Source of the DNA: Lingula anatina
Taxonomy: Eukaryota; Animalia; Brachiopoda
Length of the DNA stretch: 64,000 bases
Assembly: GCA_051362555.1 (NCBI GenBank)
Contig: CM120642.1
Span: 17,360,001 to 17,424,000, forward strand
Direction of reading: 5' to 3'
This document shows positions 14,258-27,574 of this stretch, one piece after another (the stretch's first letter is position 1; the number at the start of each line of letters is the position of its first letter). The translations under genes were made by a program, and so were the position numbers. Under the pieces are notes generated by a model that made no database searches, was not told the origin of the DNA, and saw nothing but the letters and a program-made list of their open reading frames with translations.

Positions 14258-17200
14258 TAGGAGGGAGGAAGAAAGCGCGGATTACTCAGCCAGGGAACTC
14301 TGTCTGGTTGTATCCTTAGATCTCTAACTGACAAGGACACAGCCCCTCATCTTCCTCGTGCCATCAACGCATTTCAATCATTACTCAGGTCGGATCGAAT
14401 TCCCCAGTGGCATTGCTAGTGTAGGGTAAAGTAATTGTGTACAGTTAATTCGATTCGCATGCTTCTGCCTATCTCAAGCCTACTTTGAGACAAGCTCTTT
14501 CATTCTGAGATAATGTGGCAAGTGAAATGTTGACTGCATTACGTCATGCAGAGACATTAGTTTTCCTGCATGTTAATCAAATGGCACAGACTGTGATGTT
14601 CATCATTTTGTATAACCACATACTGTTTATTGTAAAAAAAATAAATAAATAAACAATTCCAATTGCAAGTGTTTTATTAGGAAAATATTTACCGACGAGT
14701 AGGAATTAAGGAATGCATATCTCTGTTACATTTTGACAAAGAATATCTCACCATTTTCTTCGTTTAATTCTTAATTCATCTTCATGTTTCTCTCTATTCT
14801 ACCGTATTTTATCTATTTATTTATTTTTTCTTTTGTGAATTGATTTCATATGAGACGGCACCTCAATTAGACTTCTGAAATCCATGTATTGCCTCCAATT
14901 TCGCGTCTGGCCCCGTGGCCCTTCATTCAGTTGGAAAAGTTAACTGGGTTGACACAGGACCAACAATGACGATTAGACGTTTTGCTGTCGGAGTCATATT
15001 TCGCTCCGCTTACTTGTTCTTTTCTAACTCCATTGTGAGCTGGGGGTCGTTTAGAATCACTCAATGGGCTCTCGAGTTTTATTTATCCGGTAAGAAGTCG
15101 AGTGTATAAAACGGCAGTTTTCATGACTTCCGAGTACAATTTGTCATATTAGACGGGTAACTTGATGCCCCCCAGACATCGCACAGCCCCTCGTGCTCCG
15201 TGTCGCCGGTCAACAATTGTCTGCGACTTTTAATGCGACAACTCCACTAAACCCGAAAGATCAATTAAACGATGACTGACTTGTGACAGTGTATAGTGTA
15301 CACGAATCTTCTGCTCCCGACCTTTTCGTGCTTCTCATACATGTAATATCATGTTTGGATCTTGTCCTTGGATCTTGTCTTGGATCATTGGATAGAATGT
15401 TGATTATTTTTAACTATGCAGGACCCCAAGTTTTTTCAAAATATATAAGAAAAATATTAACATTTTAGCATAAGGATTGACAATGAACGTGATACTTTAA
15501 GCTTTTAAATCATACATGATTTTAGGCGTGTTTCTATGTAATGTAAGTGTGGTCGACCATACTACATGTAGGTACAACAGATTTTAAACTGACATGCTGA
15601 CTGTCTTATATACGGTAGCCTTAATAAGGACACGGATCTGACAGCATGCGACTATTCTCAATGGCAACATTGGGCGGGCAACAAAATTGATTAGATTTGC
15701 ACATAATGATGAGATAATCGCAATCGGGCAGCACAGTTTTGGGTGGACTCAATTTGATAGGAAACACGACTACCTTGTGGGACTGTGATGGAGACCTCTC
15801 CCTTCCTTCTTTCCAGCTTTTTTTTTCACTCAGTGACATATTTTTCTCATCATCTAGATGTATATGGATGTATTTAGTTTCACGTTTTGCTGCACGGATT
15901 TCATAGTGACCTGAAAATTATATTCAGACTTATTTCCACGCTTTTGTGATGTAAAAAAGAAAAAGTGTAGAGCAGGCTGGGCCGTCTTTGGGGGCGGGGG
16001 GCGGGGAATTATACTGTAACAACGTTAACATTGTGAGCAAAAGGACTTTCTACGCCAGGTTCATGCTTTCCAACTAGTACTGCAAGTAGCTACATGTACG
16101 TCCTTACTACATTCCCCATCCCCTCTTTCCACGCAAAATAAAATGTAATTCCAAGTGACAAATTGTAGAGTGATCGATCACCCTTTTACGTATTCTACCA
16201 CAGTCGACCTGGAGAATTTTTTCAAGTGGATTTTAGAGTGTGTTGTTTTTCTTCAAACCAGAATTAATATGGATTAACACTTATCCCTGCAACCCGTTAC
16301 TAACCATGCATCTACACGTATAACATTTCGAGCACTACACAAAAGCTTACGAGAATTAGACATCGGACAAGTTGAGTTTTAGAACCGAGAAAGAGACTCA
16401 ACGTGCTAAATAAAATCGTTGTCACAGTTCTGTCCAGCCAGGGGGCGTTAGCTGCCTCGTCTATCATACTCATGACTCGTTACAAAAGAAAATCAGTTTT
16501 CTCTGCACCAATCAATCATCAAGTATTTAGTTTCAAATTCTCATCCAATGTAACTTAAGGCAGAAAATTACCCAGAGTTCACAGGTTTATGGGAAGCTGT
16601 CTCCATTCAGAGGTTGGTTTTTCACCCATCCCCCTTCTTGTCTTCATAGAACGGCACAACAAACTAAATCAAGAGATTTTTTATTCTATGCTCTGTAAAG
16701 TAGAATTACCCTCGTCTGTTATTTTATATTTGCCAATTAAAGCAAGGGAAAATTCCGTATCTTGTGCAAAATCCTAGATCCGCCAAGGATTTCAGCATTC
16801 TGAAACTCTAGGCGGGATTCTGAATAACGGGGTGATAACAGATGACCCGGTGTCTCGTGCATGAGGTGAATGGAAATCTAATTATTAAGGATCTAGTTAT
16901 CAAACTGACTATTTTATATCTTTGCACTTTGGCAATAAGTCAGGGATTACTTGTCACTCTTTTGGGGTTCATTTTACACCTGTTTATCTGATTCACTGTG
17001 GTAAATCACTACCATAACCCCCCCCCTTTCCCGGCAATTCCAATGTAGTAGTATAAGGTCTATAAATAATTCTTTAAAAATGCTTATTCGTACGAAATAT
17101 GTGATGCATTTACCACTGAATTCCAACCTAATTGACTTTGACAAAAACAAGCAGATCAAGTTCTGTTTCAAAACAACTTAAACTATTTTAGATTTAAATT

Positions 17201-18546
17201 CTAAACTATTCACTCATACAAACGCTTTCTTTTACATCTTTTGAAAGAATTTTTAAAATCTTTCAAATAAAAAGCACAGTTGGGTAAGTGCAAAATTTGA
17301 AAATGGCACTCGAACTCCCTGTTGTTCAAAGGTATTTTAAAAAATAATATACATGTGAAAACACAGCCACCGTCTTCAATTTTTACACAGGATTGGCTTT
17401 GACAGGACTGGCATCGGTATTCAATTTTATGTCATGAAAACAAGGCGCTGTGCTGTCAAGACCTGAGAATGTTGAAACAATATTTAGTTTGTAAATTTAG
17501 TTATTGCGTTCTCATGTTGAGATGCATGTAAGATAAGTAGATGTAGGAGGACGCTGGTGTTCTTCTGTTAAAAAATAACGAAGAAAAATACAGTGTTAAA
17601 GTATCTACATTTTACTAGTGAAGTCAAATAAGATTCTAAATTGAGTGTAAAGGTATCCTATCTATTGAATGCTTTCTATTTACAGTTACAAAGTGGTACA
17701 TATTTGCATATGGGACTTTCAGACAAGTACACGTATATCTTTATTACGGTTTGAATACACTGTAACACTAGCACAGTGCTATGTGAGGAAACATTACAAC
17801 CTCATATAAGACGCAAATGTCAGCATTATTTTTAGTGCTAAGATAAAAAAGTGTGGATCGTTATTTTTCGAGCAATTATTTATCGTTCTCACCTGCTGAA
17901 TGCAAAATATCAAATAAGATCTATTTACTAAATGTCAAGTGCGCGTCTGCACTGTTGAGCTTGGGCAGCATTCCTGTGTTTTTGATATATCAGGTTTATT
18001 GCAAAATTCACCCATGCTTGAATTTTACCTTTCAAGGAGCACGTTATGTGTACATATGTGCTGACTTAATGAAAGCTAGATGCGCGTCTTGTCAATAAAG
18101 CATGTACTAGCTGTCTGTGTCTTTATCTTGAAAATACGTAGGGAGAATTGTGTGTATTCACAGGGTAAATGGCTTTGTGAATTATCCCACTGTGAGATTT
18201 TCTTGACACCAAAGCAACGCAAAACCATTGCCAAAATTTCAAAAGGATTGTAAGTTAAACTAACTCCTCCAATCTTCAACATCTTACCTGAATTTAAATT
18301 GATACCTACACTTCAAGTTAGCTTTGAGGGTGGCGGTCTGTCTCAAATATAGACAGAATCAAACAAAGGGGCATTGATAGAAGAGATCAGTTGCAAAAAG
18401 TTAAAGTTTTTTTCAAAGCGGGAGGATAGATAAGGACTGCATGTGGTTCTGAACAACGGATGCCCAATGAAAAGGCAGACCCGTCCTTGAACACTTAATA
18501 AAAAGATTATTCATGTTAAAAGAAAGAAAAGTAAAAAATATCGATC

Positions 18547-18549
<3 letters not shown>

Positions 18550-18614
<65 letters not shown>

Positions 18615-18682
18615 ACTCACATACAGACTACAATGACATACACAAGTACATGCACACACAATTGTTGACATGCATAAGCACG

Positions 18683-18735
<53 letters not shown>
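18550..18735. repeat. Compound (CT)n/(CA)n/(GA)n microsatellite
   Basis: Direct inspection. Confidence 0.9.
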
Positions 18736-20145
18736 CTGTCACCTCAAAGACACGTCTGATGGGTTATTATGCTTATCAACTAAAGGCAAGGGCACTGTTT
18801 ATGTGAAACACGAGAATCATAAGTACCATTTCGCATTCACCCGGGCTAAAAAAACAACCGCCACACGTGCAGGCAGTATTGTTAATCAACAAAACGGCGG
18901 TCGGTGAATCATAGATGGGAATGAGATTCTCTTATTGTTCAGGTGCATTCTTTAAGCCTAGAAGTAGCATAATGTATTTGTAGCAAAATAAACCGATATT
19001 ACCTCAAATATCTACGCATTACGCGCGCATACGTTGGCGCAATGAATGCAATGCTATTCAAGCGAAATAAATACTTTATCTTTTTCCCTATGTACAACAT
19101 TAGTAGCATATTTTTGAACTGAGAGAAAGGCAAGCGATATAATAATCCCAAACCGCGAAATATGCACCACATTTAAAGCCATCCTAAGCTTTCGTGCGTG
19201 ACCTCGAATTCTAATAATTTTTATTCTTAATAGGATTAAAGGCGCTGATACGCATAGGATATTTAAGTCATGTATTGACTTTCAACCACAAATCTCGCTT
19301 TATTCCGACACAAAACTTCTCCTATAATTATAACTTTAGCACACTATGCCTGATACATGTACATGTACATACCGTGTAAATGAACTGAACTTGTGCTGAC
19401 CACTGTGATATTTATACGCCTGGACGGGGATTCCTTAATGTGAAAAAAAGATAAAACAGCACAGTCGTGGGATATTAGCCCCTTTAAACCCCATACAGTA
19501 AAGACAAGGTGTTGCAATATGGATACATGTTTTAGTACAATGCATTACACGTCCAAGTGCATGCAATAAAAGAATTAACAGATAAATGAATTGAGAAATA
19601 AATGCATTTATGGAAAGAAAATAAGATAACTAAGAAAGTGTTCGGTTTTACAGATATATTCATCAATCAATTATAAATCTTTTAGATGGATAATTGTGCA
19701 AATTTCAAGATTGTTGCATTGACGTGGGTTTAATGCTAACACGGAGGTAAGAATTGAGCAAAGACATAAATGCTAGATGGCATCTTCGTAGCCCAGACGC
19801 TTAACAAAAAATACTATCATTTTATATCAAAGTTAAGCATTGTGCATTTCCCTGTCATTTCAAAGCATGTGCAGACATTAAGGAGAATTAAAATGTTTGT
19901 GGCTGTAGAATGCTTGAACTGGTTTTGTATAGGGTTGCCTTTTATATGCGTCTCTTAGCACAAATTACAAAATACAACTTTCCCCACCCCTACGTTATAC
20001 AGGGAATATTGAGCAAAAGTCCTACACTGTAGAAATAAGCAGCATAGCTAGTGACTTACATACATCACAAAACATTTGTGCACCATTTGTGAGTCAGGAT
20101 TTTCCCCTGTGTTTGATACACATGTACATGTATGTATCAAGATTC

Positions 20146-20183
<38 letters not shown>

Positions 20184-21281
20184 TAACATGGAAGGCTTCT
20201 GTTGAGAAAATGTTTTATATGTTTCTATTCATTCCATTAATAAAAAAAGAGATATATCAGTAATAAGTAAATAAACAAAAGGTGGTTTGTTACAGATCAA
20301 CGCTACTCTGTAGGCTATACAGACTCTGACCTCCTGGGCTCTCTTATTCAGAAGCCAGACGTTCAGTTTCTTTTCGTAGGATTGAATTTCCCCTTGAAGG
20401 CCCCACAAGAGAGGCACCTCGGTTCACCTTGTAATGAGATAGATTCTTTTTGTCAGTATTCAGTATATATGTACTTATCCTCAATCTTTTAAACTGCAAC
20501 TGCGCATGCCACGGTGAGGCCTCGTTTTCGATTTTTTATGAAGGTTTCAAAATGAAAAAGTTTATGCGCGAGAGCGAGACTTGCAGTTGGAAAACGCCAA
20601 ACATGTTTTTATATACATGTAGTTGGTATATACTTCAAATCCAATAGGAAGAGGTCCATATCATTGTCACATAATAGACCGTTTATATGTGCAGTGTATG
20701 GTGTCATTCGTTAGCACAATACGTCGCGACTTAAACGACTAAGCTCCCCATTGGCACTGGTGGATTTTGATCAGCCGGTCAACGTTCCAACATTTACAGT
20801 ATTTTTTTCTTTACTTTTCCTTTTTTCTCGCTTAGGCATTTTGACGTACACAGATATTAGAAGGAATAATGGTCGAGTAATACAATTTTTATCAGTCAGA
20901 ACCAAAACTGGTATTTAAAAAAAATATTTCCAACTTAATATTTGCAGATCTGTCGGTCTATTCTTTCTCATGTTTGAGTAATGGAGTAAAACATGAAAAC
21001 AATCGCAAAATAATTTCACAGCTTGCTACGCAGTCTTTGCGTTTTTGAGAACAAAGTTTGCGTAGGTGCTTATGTTGGGGTTTCACGTCAGTATGCGTTT
21101 TGTCTGTAATTTTGACTGGTATTTTCGAATTATTTTATGAAGTTTATATAGTAGTATTTGGTTAAAACCCGTTCTAGCAGATCAATTTATTTTCGACTCC
21201 TAGCAGTAGGCCTATATCGTATGTATAGGCATATACTTGGGACTCTTATAAAAGATGCATGGTTATATTGCTATATCTTTG

Positions 21282-21333
21282 GCTAGATGAAATGATTATG
21301 AGTTATTGCTAGATGAAATGATTATGAGTTATT
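21282..21333. repeat. 26-bp perfect tandem duplication
   Basis: gctagatgaaatgattatgagttatt x2. Confidence 0.9.
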
Positions 21334-21541
21334 TTTTATCCAATACCTGATTCAGGAAATGAATTGACTGTTGTAGAAGGAAATGGAGTTGGATGTTGCG
21401 GAGAAATTAGTTCATTCAGCTCCTCCAGCATGCACAACGAAACGCGTGTAAAGACGCGCACAGATACGTAGTGTACTGCTACACACATTCATAGACAGAC
21501 ACATTAAAACAGTAAGTCAGCGCGCACCCGCACACACCTAC

Positions 21542-21573
<32 letters not shown>

Positions 21574-21797
21574 TTTGTTACATCTAGTTACTTCCTTCTC
21601 TAGCTTTGGCAATGCACGTGGTCATGTGTGTTTTAACAATCACACGCAAGTAAGCACTCTCTAGAGCTTGGCATTACCTTTTGACAGCCACGCTGCATTA
21701 AAGAATTACAACTGTGCGAAAGCGGCAATATGTAACATAAATTGCGTTAAGTACGAAGTCATATCCGCTACTAATTTGACATAATAACCGGGAGAAA

Positions 21798-22715
21798 ATG
21801 TTGTTTTTGGCTCATATTGTGTCAGAGACGGGTGTTCTTGTTGCGTTTTTTTTTCTTCTGGTGTTGGTATACCGAGTGAGTGTCCCTAAAATGTCGATTC
21901 TTTAAAAATTATTACATTATTCATTGGCTTATAGACGGCATTAAACTTACTTGCCTAGACACAATCTTTTTGTCATTCTTTTGCATGCTTTTCTTGAAAT
22001 ATGATGCTAAGTGGGATGAACCAAGAAAGTATTCTCTTTGGTCTGTGTATTGGCAGACATGACTTGTGTAGGCTGGGTAGTTTTTCTTATTTTATTAACA
22101 TTCTCTATGATTTTACGTCCCACTTGCTTCATGTGTGGCAGCAGCACGTTCTTGGAATAAGAGACACGATGTCGGGACGAAATAATTTTAGGTGGTTGCG
22201 GCTTTATTCTTGATTGTTCCTCGATTGTTTGAAGAGATGTTATGAATCTTTGCCAGTGATGAGATTTTGATTTATGTTTTCTTATATGATTTCTCCATTG
22301 GTCCCTCCTTTCAACGTTAGGCATAGGCACTTGGCTGTTGATGATCTAATTTCAATTTGCGCATTTTCCATAACGTCTGAAATAAATCCACATAGTGGCA
22401 GGTTGCTTCCTTCACCCATTCTGCTCTTGTCGTTTGTAAGCTCTGTTTACAACAAGTGCGCGTAGGAGTTGCGGTTCACATACAACTGATTCCACGTACA
22501 CTACCAAGATACACACTGCAAAATAAAAAATCGCTTCCTTTGCTTTTCTTTTATCATTTAACTCTTTTTTTATTTTCTTTCTTGTTGGTGGGAGTGTGAC
22601 ACTCTTTGGAAAATACGTGATAAACGCCTCATGGTAGTTGAGAGCTTTCAAGTGTTTACAATGGAGCAGAATTGAATATGCCATGCATACAAAACTCTTT
22701 TCTAACTCATTCTAC

Positions 22716-22771
<56 letters not shown>

Positions 22772-25700
22772 CACCGTTTGTCAAAGAGCCGCGATGTCAG
22801 AGTAAAATGCATTTTAGATAAAAGAGATTTCTTATAAACAAGAATTATCATACCACGCACCTTTCCTCCCTTTCTGAACCTCTTTTAATTATTTGAGGAT
22901 CATTGAGCACGTGCTGGCGTGGGGTTACACTGGGAGAGTTGGAGCTAAAATAACAATTCTGGCACGCCTTCTCCCTTCCTGTTTACTCTGACTTCTTTCT
23001 TGACTTTGCTTGGTCGGCTGGTAGAGTTTGGGAACATTTTTATTTTTGGCGCACAAGCGGCGACATGAGTCACCATCAGTTTGCTTTGTATACTTAAGTT
23101 AGGTCAAACCGTCCGAACTTCGAATTCAGACGGAATCGGTTTTGTTGGGTAAAATCATTTGTAGATTTTGACGCGATTTCATGATGCAAATGAATGCAAT
23201 TTGAAGAAGATGTTTGACGCTTTCTATGAACATACTCAGATAAATTAATTTCTTGAAATGATGGCCTTTCATTATAACCATAAACAATTGAATTAGCTAA
23301 GGTGCAGACAAATGAACAAAGGGAAAGTAAAAATTGGCAGTTGAAGAGTATTACAAAAGCCAAACCTTTAGAATTAATATCGTGTTTGATAAACTACATG
23401 GTTTAATCAACCTTAAACGAGATTTTTCTTTGTAGATTGGTGCAAACTGGTTTAGTTTGATGATATGAACCCTTTCGTTTTCACAAAAGAACGTAATGAA
23501 ATTTAGTCAGCTGTAACCAATGTTAAATGAATATTCTATTTCATTTAGAGTAAAAATCGATTACGAAATTCAGAAAGACAACAACAGTTTATTAAAGTGG
23601 TTATACATGTAGTCCGGAATTAAAGTGGACAATTCTTTCGGACTCTTATTTTCAAACCAACTTTCAGTCAAAAACTTCCTGTGTGAAATGAGGCTCTGAA
23701 AGCTGCTGTGAAAGTGCTTTAATGCGTAATGCAGCTGTCAAAGTTGATCAAACATTTCGAAAATATAAGTAACAGTTAGAATGGGGTTGCCAAATGGGGG
23801 AGGGGATTTCCTGATGGTAATTTAACTTTGTTTCTTTTTATTTATCTTATTGAAAACTGTGTTAACTGTCTTTACTTTGTTAGTACATTTCTTTAACTAC
23901 TATTAGATACCTGAACTTAACATATTTGTCGTGTATTTTTATTTCTGGTCGTTGCCAAGATTTTTTCTAACTTCAGAAAGAATACGATATTTCTTAAACA
24001 AAAAAAAAAAATAATAATAAAATAAAATAAAAATAAATAAATAAATAAATAACTAGGAGCATAACTTACTTAAGAGTTGTCTAGCGTCTGCACCGATGTA
24101 TATGCTTTAGCTCATACGCAGTAGAGCCTCAGTATGTCGAAAAGTTTTTTACACCACCGAGCTCAATGATTTCTCCGATCTCTTGTGTCTATAGGGACGT
24201 CACGTCATCGGGGACTGGGGGACTGCATGTATGCGCCTTCAAAAGCGTGTTGCAGTTTTCATCCACGTTATCGCAGAAATACATTGTTTGGGTGTAAAAA
24301 GTAATGACAAAATGATAACAACAGCATTGTCTTTTTTATTTTCAGACACATTCAGGGGCCTTTTCTTCCGAATAGCAAACGAGCATCTCACCGTTCCGTC
24401 TGTGAAACAGCTCCTAAATAGTTCGGTGGAGGCGTGTGCGGAGCTCTGCGTCAAAGAGACCGAGTTTGAATGTCGGTCTTTTGAGCTTGACAACGTGCAC
24501 AAGACGTGTCACCTTCACAGGAAGAACCACGAGGACGACGGGGTGCGACTGGAACCGGGGACGGGGACGGATCATTACAGAAGTAAGTCGGGATCACTCT
24601 CAATATAAACAGGGGCAGATCCAGAGTTATTTTCTGACAGTCTTCCAATTTATCTTCGTTGATCCATCCTCCATTTTTGACCGTCTTCAATGTAAACCTG
24701 AAAATCTGACCGTCTTCCGGAAGACCCAGAAGACGCCCTAAATCCGCCCCTGCTAAGGGCCCATTCCCATAGACACAATCGGTCTACGTAGATGGACTCA
24801 AATCAGCGGAGACTTTGAAATCAGATAAAAATATTCAGACGCGGCATCTTGTTTCCAGTGTACTCGTACAAGCACCAGCTTTTCTGTATTCTACTTAACG
24901 CCAGGAGGAGGCGTCTTAATCTGTTAAATTACTTGCATTCAGCGGAGTTAGGTCGATCCACGTACACGTGTCCTTGGAGATGGGGCCTTTAGTTTTTTGC
25001 CAGGTTGGTTGGGAGAGAGGGGCCTAAACAAAAATTTAACTGTAATATAGGGCACAGAGATGAAGACTTTTTCGTTACATAATTCTTATGTAGTGGGGAG
25101 GGGGGGGGGGTACCTCCGGAACTTAGGAGGTGGTACATACCCTCCTTTCCCCCTTGTATCCGCTACTACTCACATAGTGGACATTTGAGTTACATGTTTG
25201 ATATAGTATTAGTATTATTTTGGTATGAGGATTATTTTAACGTTTTGCCATTTTAGTAGTATTTACCTTGAATCACTTTATCGCTTTGACCTGCCTCAAA
25301 CGCCCAAGATTTGTCTAGAAGTTACAATGAAGAAAAAACTTTCTCTTGTTTATTTATTTATTTATTTATTTATTTATTCCGCACAGCCAACTACGTCAAG
25401 CAGTTCAGCCGCATTGTAAACCATGTCATTACCCTCCGACACAATCGTAAACTCCCGTCTATCACGGTGGAGGAATGCGCCCGAAGCTGTATCTACGAGA
25501 TGGCTTTCCAGTGCCGAGGTTTCGACTACGATCACGAGAACACGATTTGTTGGCTGACAGAACTTGACGCGCAGAGCGCCGGGGGACTACGGCAGTTTAA
25601 CGGCGTGGATTGTTACGAGAAAATTCCAGGTACTGTTATCCGGGTTTACACGTTTTTTGGAAGTCTTCAGAATACGTAAGGTTTATCCCGCATATGAAAC

Positions 25701-27526
25701 TCAAGATAATTTTCATTTATTCTAGAACACAAAGTCCTTCTTTACCTTTTGTAAGTACAAATATGGGTCACTTGCAACACTTTGTAAATAAATTCAAATT
25801 ATTATATTATATTATATTATATACTTATTCGTTTCACTTAATCGCATATAAATCATTTATTGTCTAATAACTCGCAACGAAAAAACCAACCACCGTTTCC
25901 AATACAAATCATTTATTTCGTTAACCCTTGCTATGAGCTGTTGTTTGCTTGGCTGCGTTACAGAATGCGTACACACCACGCACTGACTGTCCTTCACAAA
26001 CTCTCCGACTATAACCATTTACAAACTTCTCTTATTTCCTCTACTTCTGCTATTTTCTTTCCCTTCTTTTCTTTTTCTTTCCTTTTTTTTTTTTTACACT
26101 TTTCAACCACCTTTTATATATTTCAATAAATTCTTTCGTTCCATATTTGAACTATTTCATTTTTATAAATATATTACCGAATGTGTAAATGCCCAGAATT
26201 TACTGTACATCAGAAACCACTATTTTCTAATGTCTTATCCCAACTACTATCTCTTCTTTGTTACCAATTTTGTACATTTTACACTGATCTATGTTTACTT
26301 CATTAATCATAATTATTTCTAAGCACATACCCTTTAATACTCCAATAAACTTATTACAGCTGTTCCATTTTGTGCCTTCTCTGATATATCACTTTCTTGA
26401 CCAAACTTCTATATCATTAAAAATATTCTTTGTTTTATATTTGCGATTTACTTGGACCAGACGCAGCAAGCTGAAAACAGCCTCGAATGAAATCTGCTCA
26501 TCTCACATTTCCTTTTATACTATTGTGCAATGCACAATCTGCGCATGTCAAACTCCCCGCCCTATGAACCCATTTCCTCACCTGAATTACTTCTCTAACA
26601 CATTTTGCGTTGACTCGTTAAACGACAATAAATTCATTTATATTATATTATATTATATTATATTATATTATATTATATTATATTATATTATATTATATTA
26701 TATTAACTGAATCAGAATTACCTCAGTAAAAAAAAAAAAATCTTTAAGATGAACGGTCTACTTGCAGTGGGTATACGGTCCCAATTCATCAACTACGGCT
26801 CCGGGCGGCTACGGAACCTCCCTGGTGGTAACGTGTACAACCAGGTCCGACTGGGGTTGTCACTGGAGGAGTGCGCCCAACTGTGTAACGACGAGGCCAC
26901 CTTCCACTGCCTGAGCATCGACTATCAGTTCTCAGAACACGGCTGCTACATGAGCGAGTATATCGCGGCTAATGTGTACGGCTTGGAGACTGGACTTGTG
27001 AGGGGTGTCATGCATTTTGAGAAAATAGGTGAGTTTTCACTTTCCCATTCGGTCTACGTAAATCGATCCAGCTCAGGTGGGACTCATGCTGAATGCAATC
27101 AGTTTTACTGATTAACAGGCATCCTCCTGACGTTGGGTAGAAGACAGATTACAGCAAAGGTGGTGATTATGTACCGGTATGTAAGTTGGAAACAAGAGGG
27201 GTGTGCTTCAATGGGAATGGGCCCTTAAACGGGGTCCAATCATACTGAGTGTATACGGTCTAAATTAAATTAATACATATGTAATTAAGCAAGCCTATGT
27301 CACATGCTCCTGTGTGAGAGTGCGAGAAGAAAATTATATATATTTTGCATCTATTTACAGAAACCTATCTCCAGTTTTTCTACCCCACCCCTTACGCAGT
27401 GTTGCTAGGCAACAACCATAAGAAATATTCCGGTGTTACTCCTAATTACTGCGCCAGGATGTGCCTCCAAGAAGATGGCTTTATTTGTCGTTCCTTTGAC
27501 TACCAGGTATGTTTGCATGCCTCTCC

Positions 27527-27574
<48 letters not shown>

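Noticed and set aside
13160-14319. Two near-identical ORFs on opposite strands (MRDKRDMGRVNLAS...)
   Set aside because: Mirror images created by the foldback TIRs; TTG starts and no domain.
15621-15839. Cys-rich minus-strand ORF (MCKSNQFCCPP)
   Set aside because: No convincing splice partners or recognisable domain; left unannotated.
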